Below, in pieces: positions 14,466 through 29,125 of a stretch of DNA of 64,000 nt. A model generated the notes under the pieces. That model worked only from the letters and a program-made list of their open reading frames with translations. It was not told the DNA's origin and ran no database searches. The translations under genes were made by a program, and so were the position numbers. This DNA comes from Octopus sinensis (taxonomy: Eukaryota): assembly GCF_006345805.1 (NCBI RefSeq), contig NC_043009.1, positions 29,822,001-29,886,000 of the forward strand, read 5' to 3'. Position 1 is the stretch's first letter. Every line of letters starts with the position of its first letter.

Positions 14466-15483
14466 TGTTCTTTATTCAGTATTCAAAGAAACACCCTAAT
14501 TACGCCTATTGATATAGGTATTATATATATAAACCTCTGTGTGTGTGTGTGTTGCTGTGCGTGTATGTATCTTTCGTCGAAGAATAAAAGCAGCAGAGCG
14601 ACAAGCTTTACGATTATTTGTTCCACATTGTTTTCAAGAGGTTTCTCTGACTCTGTCTCCGTTAGAAATGCAACGGAAAGCGTTGGATTTTCTTGGAAAC
14701 CTGTAAGCAATGATGATATTATTCAGTAAGAGATAAGCAAAACGAAAACCAACTATATTGTCGATCCTGTAGCTGAATTCAGTTTAAATTAAGAAGCTGA
14801 AAAGCAGAATTGCATTGTTATCAATGAGATGTTTATATGGTGAAACGTTGTTTCACAATGATATTCATTTTTATTAAGCATTGACGTCATCGTTCACATT
14901 AATTATTCTAGTGTCTCTCTTAATTGATTCTTGGCCTTTCCGTTGCTCGAGTACATTCAAAATAAACTGCTTTCAAATCTATGACTACGTGCGTATTCAA
15001 CTGCGTTATATAACCAGTGCACAAATAAATCTATATTATACACAAGTATGAGAATTTGTTGTTTTAAAGAAGTCTCAGTTTCATTAGCTTCTGGTGATAT
15101 TAGACTATGATATATATTTATGGTTGTCTTAATGATGTAAGAACTTCAGGGTTAAGCGGAAAGCGTAAATGCATCACATACAAAACAATACATGACAATA
15201 ATGTTGACTGTTTTTTCAGTGCCGGAAAAGAAAATCTAGGGAAAATCAGAAGCGGTGTGAAAAGACATGAAATAGTGTATAATATCTGTGCATGTTTTAT
15301 TAGAGAGCAAATGAGAGAAATTTCAATGGACGACGTTTATTTGGTTCCTGATGACACACGTTAATGTCCAAAACATATGAGATATAAAAACAATAGAGAC
15401 GATCGTTAAATCATATTCATGTGTATACACCGTCATTATGGCGTATGTCTGTCTGTCTATCTATCTACCTATCTCTCTGCATA

Positions 15484-15619
<136 letters not shown>

Positions 15620-18487
15620 GTATATAAATATATATAGCATTAGAAAAAGACCGTTTTCATCAAGTGAATACATGAACCACAACATTATGCATCTTCATGA
15701 TTATATGATCCTTGCAGGTCATATATATGTATGTGTATATATATATATATATATTATATTATATATATATATAACTCATTCGACTGAAAATGCATTTACT
15801 TTCGTTCACGAGAAAAGCATATTACACCAGGTAAAATATGCATAGAGATTATTGCAGAATCACAGGAGGTGTTGAAAGCAAGAGATGGTCAGTTACACAA
15901 CATATACTCTTAAGGTATAAACGACTGAGTCTTTGCGACCATAACACAAACTCTTTGAATGAATCAGTGCAACACCGTGTGACATGGCTGTACCTTCAAA
16001 TTAGATGTATGATCAAGTTAGAAAGGTAAAACAGTCGAAGTCGATAAATAATTCCTATTTCATTTAATGATTTGTATTTCAGAAAAGATCTGAAATACAA
16101 ATTTGGCATAGGTGCTATGTGAAAACCACAAGGCAACAGTCCGAGATGGATACTAGAGGGCATTCTATTCGATGCTCTAATATTTCTAATAATTCGTTGC
16201 CTTCAAGTGTAACTGTTTGATTATATACAAACTGATGCACCATGTATGATTAATTCGAATGCCATTTCTTCCTCAATATTCAGCTAGCTCCATCCTTGCT
16301 ACAAGTTATCACAAGTTAGGCAAGTCGTTATCCTTCAATATCAATTAAATTATCAACACTATTACAACTTAATTGATATGCTGAAACATCCAATTATCTT
16401 TGTCATATATTCGGCAGTTTTGAAATTTCCACTATAATAATCTGTGTCTCTAGAAAGAGAATTCATCATCAAATGTATTGTATAGCGGGTCAAATGCAGA
16501 AAGGTCCTTAATCTTGGACGGCGTAGATAAACATTCTAATTAAAATGGAATTTATTTTCAGAAGTTTTGCCTAACTGATTCCTTAGAAAAACTGTTAAAA
16601 TTTCGGGTGGCTACGATATTTATGTTAGTAGAAACAACATTTATTTTCGGGTAGTTGGGATAACTGGATCGGTTATCCTCGCCTGATTTATAAGAATCTA
16701 TCAATCAGGATAGACAGTATTAACTTGTGGGTGGTTTACATACCCGAATCAGTTTAATGCGTATAAATGTTGCATAGTCTGGAGAGTTGAATCTGTAGAG
16801 ACAGTTCATACGGGTGGTTCAGACCACCCATTTAGTACAAAGATTATAACTTTTGGATGACCTACAAAGTTGATTAGATTAAGATGATCTCGGTTCATGA
16901 CTCAATAAAGATAATAGATTGCATCAAGAAGTTTAAATAGTAGAAACTGTTTACTTTAGGTTGGCCTAGAAAGTTCAGTCAGTAATAAAAATATGTACTT
17001 ACAGGTAGCTTAAGGAGCCGCTTCATTAATTAGGATTTTAACAGCCACGTGTTTTAGAAAGCTAGCTGCTTCATTATAAATGCTATGTTTGTTACGCGAC
17101 TATCTTATTCCAAAATTTCCTTACAATCTATTTGATCTTCTTAATCACTCAGGCCAATAAGATAAACCTGAATTACATGAAATCAGTCACAATCAAACAC
17201 TTCAAAGCGAAGTTAATTTTCCTAAGTAGCGTATAGTAGTCACTGTTAATTCGTTATATTTTAATGTAATACATATTCTTAATATTCTTTACTGCAGTCT
17301 CAAGAATAGATCTAGTGTGGATTTATTTTCCAAAGAACAGTTACTCTAACAAAAAATAACATTTTCTATATGATGTACAGCAGATGGCAGAAATAAGAAA
17401 GGTAACTTTAAACAGCACAGATTATCTTTTGTGGTGCTCTAACATTAAAAGACTCACTGAAAATATACATTTTGATGCACACACAGACACGCACACCAAA
17501 ACACATGCTACACACATACACATACTCAAACACTCACAAACACACATACGTATATCTTATGCTGGCTGCTATTCTCCATTAGCATACCATTCTTTTAGGT
17601 TTATAAATAAGTAGCTTACACTAATTTCTGCCTTGCTGAAATTGTATATTCACTTAGATAATGTATTATCTCTTAGGGTTTTCTTCATATTTTATTACTT
17701 GCGAATTGTTCTAAAGAAAATATAAAAATATTTTCTCAAGATACAGAAACTCATATTGAATTTAGTTACCGTCATTAAATGTGGAGAGCAATGTCTTACA
17801 GGAATATTATAACATTTGAATTGATGTAAAGAAAGTTACAAATGTTTAAGTCGTTTGCTGGAATCTTTCGTTCACATACCACTACCTAGACTGAGGTGTC
17901 TCCATAAAACAAATCCACTTAGCTGAAAATATGTGTCATAATTCACTTTATCGACCATTTCATTGATATTAGGATAGCTTACAGAGAGATAAATAGGCTC
18001 CGGTATATCGATCGCACGAAGACAAAATTACGCCACATGAAGATAAAATTGGTAAGGCACCTCTACAACTGAATGAGTTAAAGAATTCATCAAGTGTAAA
18101 TACAAGCATCGGCAAACAGTAACTACACGCATCGAAAATATTTCTATTTACTCTATCCCAAACAATATATCTCTACCAGAGTCCATTTGTTTTCGTCGTT
18201 CCACACCGCACATATAAGATTTGTCGTTTGCTTAAACAAATGATTTAACCTTTCTACACGAATGCAAAAAAAGGAATTTAATTTGTCAAATTCATTTCAG
18301 TTTCCTTGCAAATTCAGCTGCTCTTTACTCTTTTTTAATTAGCGCGGCACATATGTATTTCGCCACAGATACAATTTCTTATTAATGACACGGTTATGTT
18401 TCATAATTTACTTTTGGTTACTGTATCAGCTCTTCTACAAAAGCTTTCAAGTTCAGCACAATCCTGACTGAAATCGAAGCTACTTTG

Positions 18488-18506
18488 TAATAGTAATAAT
18501 AACAAC

Positions 18507-18570
<64 letters not shown>

Positions 18571-18631
18571 GTAATAATAATACTTTATAATTATTATTAT
18601 TGTTGTTGTTGTTGTTGTTGTTGTTGTTCTT

Positions 18632-18696
<65 letters not shown>
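18488..18696. repeat. Compound trinucleotide array (AAT)n-(TTA)-(TTG)n-(TTC)n-(TTA)n
   Basis: Read directly. It explains the poly-L/poly-N/poly-K ORF 18401..18730. Confidence 0.95.
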
Positions 18697-18704
18697 CTTT
18701 TAAA

Positions 18705-18772
18705 CGGGTATAGATTGTGCTTAAAACCACTAAGAAACCGGGTATAGAATGTACTTAAAACTACTAAGAAAC
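18705..18772. repeat. 34-bp tandem duplication, two copies
   Basis: cgggtatagattgtgcttaaaaccactaagaaac followed by cgggtatagaatgtacttaaaactactaagaaac, 3 mismatches. Confidence 0.9.
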
Positions 18773-19950
18773 CGGCAGAGAACACAAAATATTTTATCCG
18801 GAAGATGGAGGTTTACAAATTAACTTATCAAAATGTCATTATTATTATTATCATGGGACATAAGATATTTTAGTTTGAGACACGTTGGTTGTTTTAGCAT
18901 CGAGTAAGTTGGTTACACTTTAATGAGTGTATGGTAAATAATCATAAGCGTGTAGGAAAAGTTTTTAACATTTTAAGTGGCTTTTAGAACTCCTCGTAAT
19001 TTCTCATGAGAATACGTTTAAATTATAATGACATTAGATATTATATCATAATTAGGGATCATTTACTGAGGGATTTGCAGATGAAAAGATGTATCAATGA
19101 AATGTAAATGTTTTCAAACACTAACATCTCGAGAGTATTAAAAAACGCGATATAAAATAAATTATTTTGTAAATACTTGATTCTCTCCTGCATCACCCCA
19201 CCTACATTCTCCGATCGCTATCATAAAATCCATGATTATTTTAAATTCATTTTAATTCTTATATTTTTTTATATGATAATTTAAAAACCGTTATAATCAC
19301 TCTCCCCCGAGTAGTTCTTTAATGTTAATCGATTTCAAATTATTAATTTTGTTTTGTCAATAGTCATATATTGCATTTAAGACATCCTGGAATGAGAACG
19401 GTTTTCGATTTCTTAATCTATTTAGGGTGGAATATCCTGTTTCTTCTAGTGATGATAAAACTGATTAATATTCTCTGCTGGAGTTTGTCTTACTACGGCA
19501 TATATTGAATGGATTTTGTCTTTAATTTCAATGACCACAATACCACAATCTGGTTATCTCTACATTGAGGTCGCGATATTTGGAAATTTTATCCATTTCT
19601 TTCAGAAATATATTGTAGTTAACTAGAAATAATACATCGATTAGAATGTAAATTACAGAATCCATTCAGATCTTTTTAGTATAAATTAGTATTTTACAGA
19701 GTATATAGGAAATATAACTGCTTTGAATAAGGGGCGATTTCTGGTGAAAAATATGTTATATTTGTTACTCGATAACCGGAGAAGGAATATCGAGGTAATC
19801 TGGCAAATGATTATAATTTTGCCACTGGTGACTCTGTCTGCAAGCATCGTAAACAATAGGTGCTAGACGGAGGGCAGCTTTGTGGAAGTCACATACTCAG
19901 AAACGGTTTAAATACACAGCTCTGAAAGTTAACGCTTCATTTCGTATGTT

Positions 19951-20025
<75 letters not shown>

Positions 20026-20029
20026 GCTG

Positions 20030-20124
20030 GACCGCTGAAGTCTACGCGTTTTTTTTTCATTCTCGCTCTGTTTATTTCCTCTTAATCTTTTCTCTTTTAA
20101 GAGCGTAGGCTCGAAACGTAAAAG
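20030..20124 (+). mobile_element. Penelope-like element 3'-terminal fragment
   Basis: aagagcgtaggctcgaaacgt at 20099-20119 is identical to 56654-56674 in the GIY-YIG-bearing element, and is preceded by a pyrimidine-rich tract. Confidence 0.7.
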
Positions 20125-20137
20125 TTATGAGGCAATA

Positions 20138-20271
20138 CAGTCGGTGGGGTATTAAACTGTAGTTATACCTTTTTCACTGAAAGTTACCGTTAACTTCCGT
20201 TACATTTTCAACGAATTAACAGATTATTTGACTAACGAAGTTAACTTTTCGATTAACGGTGCTCACCTGTG
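20138..20271. mobile_element. Possible small decayed MITE (hAT-like termini)
   Basis: Degenerate inverted ends cagtcggtgggg / gctcacctgtg and repeated internal gttaac/aagtta motifs. Confidence 0.3.
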
Positions 20272-20337
20272 TATATATGTGTATATGTATGTGTATGTGT
20301 ATGTGTATATGTATGTGTGTGTATGTGTATTTGTGCG

Positions 20338-20540
20338 TTTGTGTTTGTCTCCCCACCATCTCTTGACAAGCGATGTTGGTGTGTTGAGTTCCCATTAACT
20401 TAGCGGTTCGGTAAAAGAAACCAATTAAATAAGTACTAAGTTTACAAAGACTAAGTCCTGTGGTCGAACTGTTCGACTAAAGGCAGTGCTCCAGCATGGC
20501 GGCAGTCAAATTCCTGAAGCAAATAAAGGAATAAAATATA
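20338..20540 (+). mobile_element. SINE family A, 3' half
   Basis: tttgtctccccaccatctcttgacaagcgatg...ggcagtgctccagcatggcggcagtcaaa matches the family-A 3' half. Flanked by microsatellites. Confidence 0.85.
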
Positions 20541-20596
20541 AAAGAATACATCTATATAGATATATATATAAATATTTATATACATATATATCTGCA

Positions 20597-20698
<102 letters not shown>

Positions 20699-20766
20699 CA
20701 CGCACATACGCAGATTATGAGTGCGTGTATATATCTATCTATCTAATATATTTCCCTTTTTCTTTG

Positions 20767-20824
<58 letters not shown>

Positions 20825-23721
20825 CAGGTAAAACGTACGCACATAACGACCCCACGATCTTAATCAATACAGAAAGTAAACACCCTAATAAACACATTTA
20901 TGTATGCCTACACCTCCTGCAAAAGTTATACAGAATGCACTACTACACATACGCAATTTCCAAAGAAAAAAACACCAACCTGAAAGACGCACACATTTCT
21001 CAGAAACACTTCAAGATTACTCTTACCAACTTGCATCATAGCTAAACCAGTAGTGATGTCTCTAAGTCAACTCTTGACGTAATCCCCTACTTGTTTTGTT
21101 TCATCACCTTTTTATAGCAACCGCAAACCGGATGTGACCATTCACCTCAATCATCACCGATGAGCGATAGGTTATATAATCTGATTGTTACCTATCACTC
21201 CATTGTTCCCTAAGCAGGAAACCGATTGGTGAGATTGGCTATGATGGATATATAAAATTGTACACTTTGGAAAATACACCCAGTCTATTGACAGATATAC
21301 GAGTGCATCCTTTTCCTGACCTACTGATATTTAAACGACTTATACACATACATTCACAAACACACACAAATATAGAAAAGTAAGTTTTCATTATGTTTTA
21401 AAATAATGATAAATGTGGCCAGCAAACGTAATCCGAATATGCAAAATATATATTAAAAGCCAGGGTACAATATGCGCCTGTTTGCTTGAAAGAAGAGTTA
21501 AAACTCTCCGAATCCACGCATCTCTCACAATATGTAAATATGCATTGAGAATGTAGCAAATACATGTAGAAAAACGGTCACCCCAATTTTTAAACGACGA
21601 AGAGGAGGGTAGATATCCCAGTATCACTTGATGTCACTTTTTGTACCGAATTGACACTTATCAGCTAGGCTAACTATGTTTGTGTGTTTGAGTTCTTCAT
21701 TTAACAAATATTCAAATTAGCTTGTATTTAGAGTGACTTGATTTTCTAACTCTATGACACTTTTCAATTAATCAGTCCGGGCTACTTGAGAGTGGAGCAA
21801 ATTTGCCAAATATACAATACAATGCTATCTGCAGAGTATGAACTAATGTCAGCTCGCCCGTAGCGAAATAATTACTAACAGAACTATACAGTATTTATCA
21901 GTAACCTATGGAGATCTAAGACAGCACAAAGGGTAAGGATTATTAATGATGTCAATGATAGTCTTTACGTCAAGCAACTATTTAAACTTCGAAGATAAAC
22001 TAAAATTTCAGTAGTCAAGGTTTCGCTGAGCGTCTTATCTCTTATTATAAATCATTCACAGGTATGGCTGCCATATCAAAATTTAGCGTTGTTTGACTCT
22101 GAGATTCAAACCAGTTACAATATTGTCATAAAGTTAGTTTGTTTAGTTGCTGAATTAGGCTTCTGTCTAACCGAAAAGCAGCTTTGTCATAAATGAACTA
22201 TCAAATGATCAGCTATTTAATTCACTGAACTAACAACTAACTGAATATCCTGGTGATAAATTGTTCATTAGGAAACGTTAACCACAATTTCATTATCCGA
22301 TATTATAATCTATCTCTGTATAATATCACATAATCAAATCTATCTAATTTTCTTTGTTATTTGCAAAAGCATTCTTCAAAAGTGATTTGGTGAGAAGTGT
22401 TCCGGAAATAGATTACTAATTTAAAATTATAGGCATAATACAAGCAATTATTGTCCAAAGGTGGCTGTATTCCTGCGGAGATTAACAATGGAACTGTCAG
22501 AGAATTTGTTGCAAGGAGAAAATTTAATAGCTAGAAAATTTGCATCTGTGAAATTTTCATTGATTTCGATGACATTTACTTAGAACATTGCTGTCTCAAA
22601 CACGGCTGTTTTATTATTGTATTCTTTGTTTTATTTTTCATATTTGCATTCTAAAACACCATTCATTTCTTCAAGTGCCGTATATGTCACTATTAATATT
22701 ATCTAAATTGCAGCCGGTATGTTACAACAGTCGGTTCTCAGCAAACACAGTATGTTACCTGGTTTCAATTATCGGTTCAATCTGTTTTATTTTGTATTAA
22801 GACACTCCGGAAAGTAATTAACGTTTCAAAATAATTGCACCCTCCTTCCGGTATTGTTCATGTCCTTTGAAGGCGGAGTTCCAGTACAGAGGCGGGACAC
22901 TAGTGTCGCCTTATTCATAATCACAAATATACTCTAAATCAGTACTGGCCATAGAGTGGGTCAGGTTTAATTGTTATTATTGTTGTTAATTAACAAAAGT
23001 CAAATCTGATTAACTTGTCTAATAGCATAAAATAGAACATTTAAGATTGGGAAAATGTTTATGCTTTATCAAAGTCAATAAAGCAAGCTTAAACTTGCTC
23101 TGAAATCGTAATGTATACTACAGTCTCCTGCTAAAAATTACTGCTTCTAAGGACAAACAGATTCGTCCTTTTGTTTCTTCTCTATTCTTCTCAACGAAGA
23201 ACCTCAATCCGAAGCGTCTGGCTTTACTTCATCTTCCTTAGAGTGCAAAAGTAATTTAAATATACTTCTTTTATATTTTTGATGCTTTTCTCCTTAGATA
23301 TTTAGGATATTTGATTATTATAACCTAAGTGAAATTACCTGACTATTGTTGGATTGAATTCATATTGATTGACTCCATATTGTTGTCCATGTTTAGCTGG
23401 AGGTTATCCTTGAGCCTGTGAAGTTGGGAACAAAACAATCCAAATGTAAGTCACATAGTTTTTCTGGCTTGCAGATTTATCTCACCGTTTATGTAAAGAA
23501 TACTTCCGCTAATTAAAACGGATGCTATTTCGCGCTGATCCTTGTCGCTGCTCTTATTATTTGGAAGAGCGATGTTATTAGTGTTACTTTTAATGATAGA
23601 AATTTTGTTGTTTATGCTGTTTAAACCCAAGCAAATATTGATCCGGGGGCGTAAAAAAATTTAAGGTGTTCCTATCACATCTTTTTTCAGATATAGTTAG
23701 TGTCTGTGCGAATGAGAGTGT

Positions 23722-23990
23722 GTATGAATGTAGACGTGTGATCATCGGTAGGATTTTACACTGAGATCGCAAGGTTGTGGTTTCGATTCCCATCCAAGCC
23801 ACTCGTTGTATTCTTGAGCAAAACACTTCATTCCATTCTGCCTACTCAGCTGTGAGCAGAGTGGCATTCGATAGAAGGACGCGAAACCCACAGCGACCCG
23901 CTATGCATAACCAGACCCGACTGACAGGTCAATATCGTGATAAATGTGTGTTGCGTTTGAGTGTGTACATGCATGTGTGAATGAGAGAGG
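23722..23990 (+). mobile_element. SINE family C (tRNA-like head, V-domain-like core)
   Basis: B-box-like ggtttcgattcc followed by ttgtattcttgagcaaaacacttcatt. Similar to the reverse complements of 31788-32090 and 44885-45113. Confidence 0.7.
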
Positions 23991-24907
23991 CATAGAGAGA
24001 GAGAAGGGGAGAGAGAGTGTGTGTGCAGGGGCGGCAATTCTGAAAGACACAGCCTTTTCTTTTAAAAAGCAGCGGGTAATTTAAGGGGAAACTCCACTGT
24101 CATTTCTAACAAACAGGACGAAGAAACAAAATCGCCTTCATTAGTTCGTGATACGTGTGTTTATTAATGACGGTTTTCTTCATTTGGGTTAAAATTTCTT
24201 TTTTTTTTTTCATTTGGCTTTAGTAGTATATAGCTGTTTATATTGCCCTGGCTAATGATAGAAGTAGTCCTGTTGTGGTAGATATGGACATTGTCATTAT
24301 GTACACGATAAACACATGCAGATTCGTGTTATTTCAGTTGTGAAATAAAATAAAATGAAGTATCTAATTCAAACATGCTGTGTAAAATATCATATTAAAT
24401 ATCACCAGTTTACAATTTCCTTGTTTATCAATATCTATATCATATACTTTTGATATCCAACCTAACCAAACACACTTTCTTTTCCTTTTTTACCGCTTTC
24501 TACATACCCTAATCCTCCATTCGGTCACTGCCTCCGTCTCACTGTACGTTTAACCATATGTCTGTGTGTATGCATTGCTCTTTGTCTCTCTCTCTCTCTT
24601 TGTCTCCCTCTCTCTCTTTGTCTCTCTCTCTCTTTACCTCTCAAGTTCTTATAACTAAACATTTGTATGTTTCAAAAATTCTCTTTCTTTCACTTGTCTT
24701 TCATTTCAACATTCTCAGTTTTATCTACTTATCTCTTTTGCCTCCACTTTCTCTTATCTCCCAGTCTACCTATCATATGTGCAAACAAGGAGTGGATAAA
24801 ATTTCATTCACTTCCAGATTATATCCATTTACAGATCTAAATCTTTATGGCTGTCTGCTTCTCAATCCCTCTTTAGCATCTTTCTATTCAGCATATTTTT
24901 ACTTACT

Positions 24908-24964
<57 letters not shown>

Positions 24965-25023
24965 TTATACACACACACACATATATAAATATATACATGC
25001 ATATATATATATCCACACAACCA

Positions 25024-25082
<59 letters not shown>

Positions 25083-25101
25083 CATATGTATTCATTTATT
25101 C

Positions 25102-25242
25102 GTTTCAGACATTTGACTGCAGCCATGTTGGAGCACTACCTTTAGCCGAAAAATCGACCTCAGGACTAGTATTTAAGCGTAGTACTTAATCTATCAGTCT
25201 CTTTTGCCCAACCGCTAGGTTACGGAGACAAACACAGACACA
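25102..25242 (-). mobile_element. SINE family A, 3' half, reverse orientation
   Basis: catttgactgcagccatgttggagcactaccttt...ttttgcccaaccgctaggttacggagac is the reverse complement of the family-A 3' half. Confidence 0.85.
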
Positions 25243-25245
25243 CAA

Positions 25246-25299
<54 letters not shown>

Positions 25300-25949
25300 C
25301 TCACATGCATTTATATATCTATATCTATACATATGTATATATATTTATCTATACCGCCACACACCAACCCCACGCACGCACACATGCACACACGCACGCA
25401 CACATGCACACACGCACACAGACACGCATGTACTCACGCACACACACACATGCACACCACACTCTTACATACCCTTCCATATTCACTCACACGCACATCT
25501 CCACATGCACACCTGAACACACTCATACAAAGAGCGATAGTGAGAGAGAGAGAGAGTGATACAAACAGTGGGACACACACACACACGCACCCATTCCCAC
25601 TCTATATTCGTATACATAACAACACTCACACATACATACACACACTCACATCCACACCCTTCAGACTGCCTTTCAAACAACCCACTGCTGACCATCCAAT
25701 CTACGCGTTTGTGCAAAAACACGCACCTACACAAAAAGAGTCAAAACACAACGAGCGGGGAAAAGGACGCCAGCACGGCAACGGCCAAGGAGGCAAAACA
25801 GGATACCCCGATCATTCACAGCCAATTGCTTCTTCCGTCGGAATCTGGAATGTCCACGTAGTTTCACCCACGTAACTCCGATACTACTCGGAACCGGCCG
25901 GGCCAGGGAATTAAGCTAAAAGCATTAAGCCTCTGTCAAGGTAAACGAG

Positions 25950-26172
25950 TGTTCTTATACGAAAAACAAATTAGTAAACAACAGAAAGAGTAATAAGCTA
26001 GCGCAAAGAACATGAAAATGGAAAAATATTGACAGACCGGGCGGCAGGACAGAAAAGAACGGACGCGACCGATCTCAAAGGAAGCTGGCCGAAAAAGGAC
26101 GACAATACCTGAACCGGACAGTGATCACTTGGTAGAGAAGGGAAGGAGTAGAAGTGGGTAGAGGGACTAAGG
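25950..26172 (-). mobile_element. Possible Penelope-like 3' UTR remnant
   Basis: The minus strand is pyrimidine-rich with cactgtccgg (compare ctctgtccgg at 56571-56580). It has a tail gcgctagcttattactctttctgttgtttact that loosely resembles 56695-56730. Confidence 0.3.
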
Positions 26173-26199
26173 AATATATATATATATATATATATATTA

Positions 26200-26200
26200 T

Positions 26201-26289
<89 letters not shown>

Positions 26290-26310
26290 AAGATAGATAG
26301 ATAGATAGAT
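26200..26310. repeat. (GATA)n microsatellite
   Basis: Read directly. It explains the IYLS-repeat ORFs. Confidence 0.95.
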
Positions 26311-28947
26311 ATACGCACAAATATATACGTCTGTGCGTGTGTATATTTACATATTTGTATACATGAGCATATATGTACGTGACCATGTATCTATATATTA
26401 CTGAATGTGTATTCTTTTCATCATTCGCTCAGTTTGAAATTTGATATTCTACAAAAGAAACCATTATTTTCATGCCTTTTTTGTCATCCTTTTTTCGCCA
26501 TCCCTTCTCTCTCTCTCTCTTCTTTCTTCACCGAATTCTTTCTTTCTCTATATTTATCTAGATTTTTATCATTTTTACTCTCCCTCTGTGTCTTCTCTCA
26601 GCTCCTTTTGGGTCTTCATATTTTCCTGTGTGTTTATTTTCTCTCCTTATATAGCGCCTTTCTGCGTAACTACTCCAAACTTTGAGGAATGCTTTAGAGG
26701 AATTTATAAAGAAGACAACTCAAAAACTTGGAGGTGATACCAAAATATAAAAAGACAAAAATAAAATGCAACACCCCTAACATTCCACCTCGAAGAACAT
26801 TGCAAAAGGAACTTTAATGATATTTAAATATCTTTCTATATATCTTTACCAATCACTTTCACTCTCACTCTCTCTGTTTCTCAAACACACAAGCTCAAAT
26901 ACACGCGCGTGCGCTCACTCACACAACTATATATATTATATTATGTTGAATAATGAATATGATAATTATAGTTATTTTCTTTTCTATTCTTCTCACAATA
27001 TAACGGTATTGTGAAAAAATATTGATTGATATAATTAAATTGGGGTTTGAATAGATGGTTGGTACAAAGATATTGAAACAGAAATGAGCGGGGGAGAGGG
27101 AAGGAAGAGGAATATAAAAATCAGTACCAGAATGGAAAAAGGTGCTGTCAGTTTGGAAATCTATAAGATCTTCTAAAAACGGTCTAATTAAAAAAGAAAT
27201 TGAGCGACACAATAATAATTGGTTTAAATGTTATAATACATTTTGAATTGTCCCATTTCCCTTCTTAAAGAAAGCACCCAATTACATACATAAATTCTTC
27301 GACCGCCTAAATATAACTCAAAATTCCTACTTAAATTTTTTTCCTACACCTTGCCAAAACTTAGTGAAAGAATATTTTTAACAGTTACATCCGAGTGTTA
27401 CAACAATGCCCTCAGTCTAAGCAGGTTATGGACAGTGTTCTAATATTCTGCGATAACTGTAACAACAGTTTAACAATAAACAGGGATATAGTTATCGTCT
27501 GGTGTAATCCACAGTTTGCTCAACAAGTGGGTTCACACAGAACCAAAGTCTTAAACCACCAACATAGTTCCTGCCAGGCACAACATAAACATGACGCAAT
27601 TTTACGAAAATTTCTATAAAATTCCATATCTCCAACAAATAAACTTACAAAATCTTTGCACATCACGAACCGATCCGAACTAAACATTTTCTTTCCCAGT
27701 ATGAAGTCTGAGTGTTACTCTTGGCTACAATCAGATATACTGCCTCTATAAACAATTGGATTGATAGTGAACTGGTTTCATATGAACGTCTGCTGCGGAT
27801 TCTCCAACCTCTTCGCGCCAGGTGGCTGTCTCTGACACTTAAAATACATTCAAACGCACACGCTCATACACATATGAAAGCAATCACATAAACACATTCA
27901 TACACATATACAGTTTCACGTAGACACAAATTCTTACACAAACAAACTTGTATAATCTATTGTTTGCAGTTGTTTGCTTCGATGTTTCTGTGTGTGTGTG
28001 TGATTGTGTTATCAGCGTTTGTGTGTGTTTCTTTATGCATACATAATGTGTTTCGTGAATGTCTTATTTTTCTCGATCCTTCACTTTGGTCTTTTGTCTT
28101 TTTAGTATTTTATATTTAGTTCTTTCTTTGTTTATTTACCAAATATACAACCGAGTGATTCACAGCTGAAACCAAAATATATTCTTAAATAATCTATTTC
28201 AACTTCACCTTAACATTCTCTCTTGACATTGATATTGACTAAAAGATTAAGTATATTTTAGTTCTGTCTACGTTGTCCACCCTAAGCAATATTTACAGTT
28301 CAGTGTCTCTCCTAACAAGATAAAAATACAAAGAAAAAATATTAACACGGACCAATTTTCTGCGTAAGTAGTTTGTAATATTCTTTGCTCAAGGATATAA
28401 TATATAGCAGTGGTTCCATCTTGCTGAAAACTTACAGCTTTTCCATAGTACTTAGGATCTCATATTAACAAGATTTTATAACACAAGAAGGTTTAGATGT
28501 GATAAAAAAAGAAATGCTTGAGCTCTTCTTTTATCGTTGTTTCCTTTTAAACGACCGTATTTTTTCTTATCAATACAAAATAACCAGGATGTTTAAACAA
28601 AGCAAATATATTAACATAAACCTTGAGATAGACGTCTTTTATATGCTGATGTGATTTCTGCGTAACCCCAGGCGCCCCAGGCGGATTACTTACTGAGCTA
28701 ACAGCTAAGAAATGCATTCCATTTACCTTTTAATAGATCGTTACCGTCGGATGTCATTTTTGTTTTTGGTTATTTATAAGAAAGAACCTGTTTTGATGTA
28801 GATTTGACAAAGACCTTCTTTTTTTCTCAGAATTGTAATATTTTTAACGTTTTTCTGACGTGAGACGATGCATGAAAGAATCTTGGATTTCATTTTAGAA
28901 AAATGAATGTGGTCGATATTTGCTGCAGCAAAATAGTCACCATTATT

Positions 28948-29125
28948 TATCATCATCATCATCATCACCACCACCACCAAAACTACCACCAACACCACCA
29001 CTACTAATACCAACACCACCGCCGCCGTCACCACCACCACCACCACCACCACTATCATCATCATCACCACCACCATCACCACCACCACCACCATCATATC
29101 GTCATCATCCCTCTTCATCATTACT
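28948..29125. repeat. (CAT)n/(CAC)n degenerate trinucleotide array
   Basis: Read directly. It explains the poly-P and poly-V ORFs 28920..29216 and 28774..29121. Confidence 0.9.

Noticed and set aside
16200-16900. Possible degraded LINE or pseudogene on the minus strand
   Set aside because: I could not find any diagnostic motif by manual translation.
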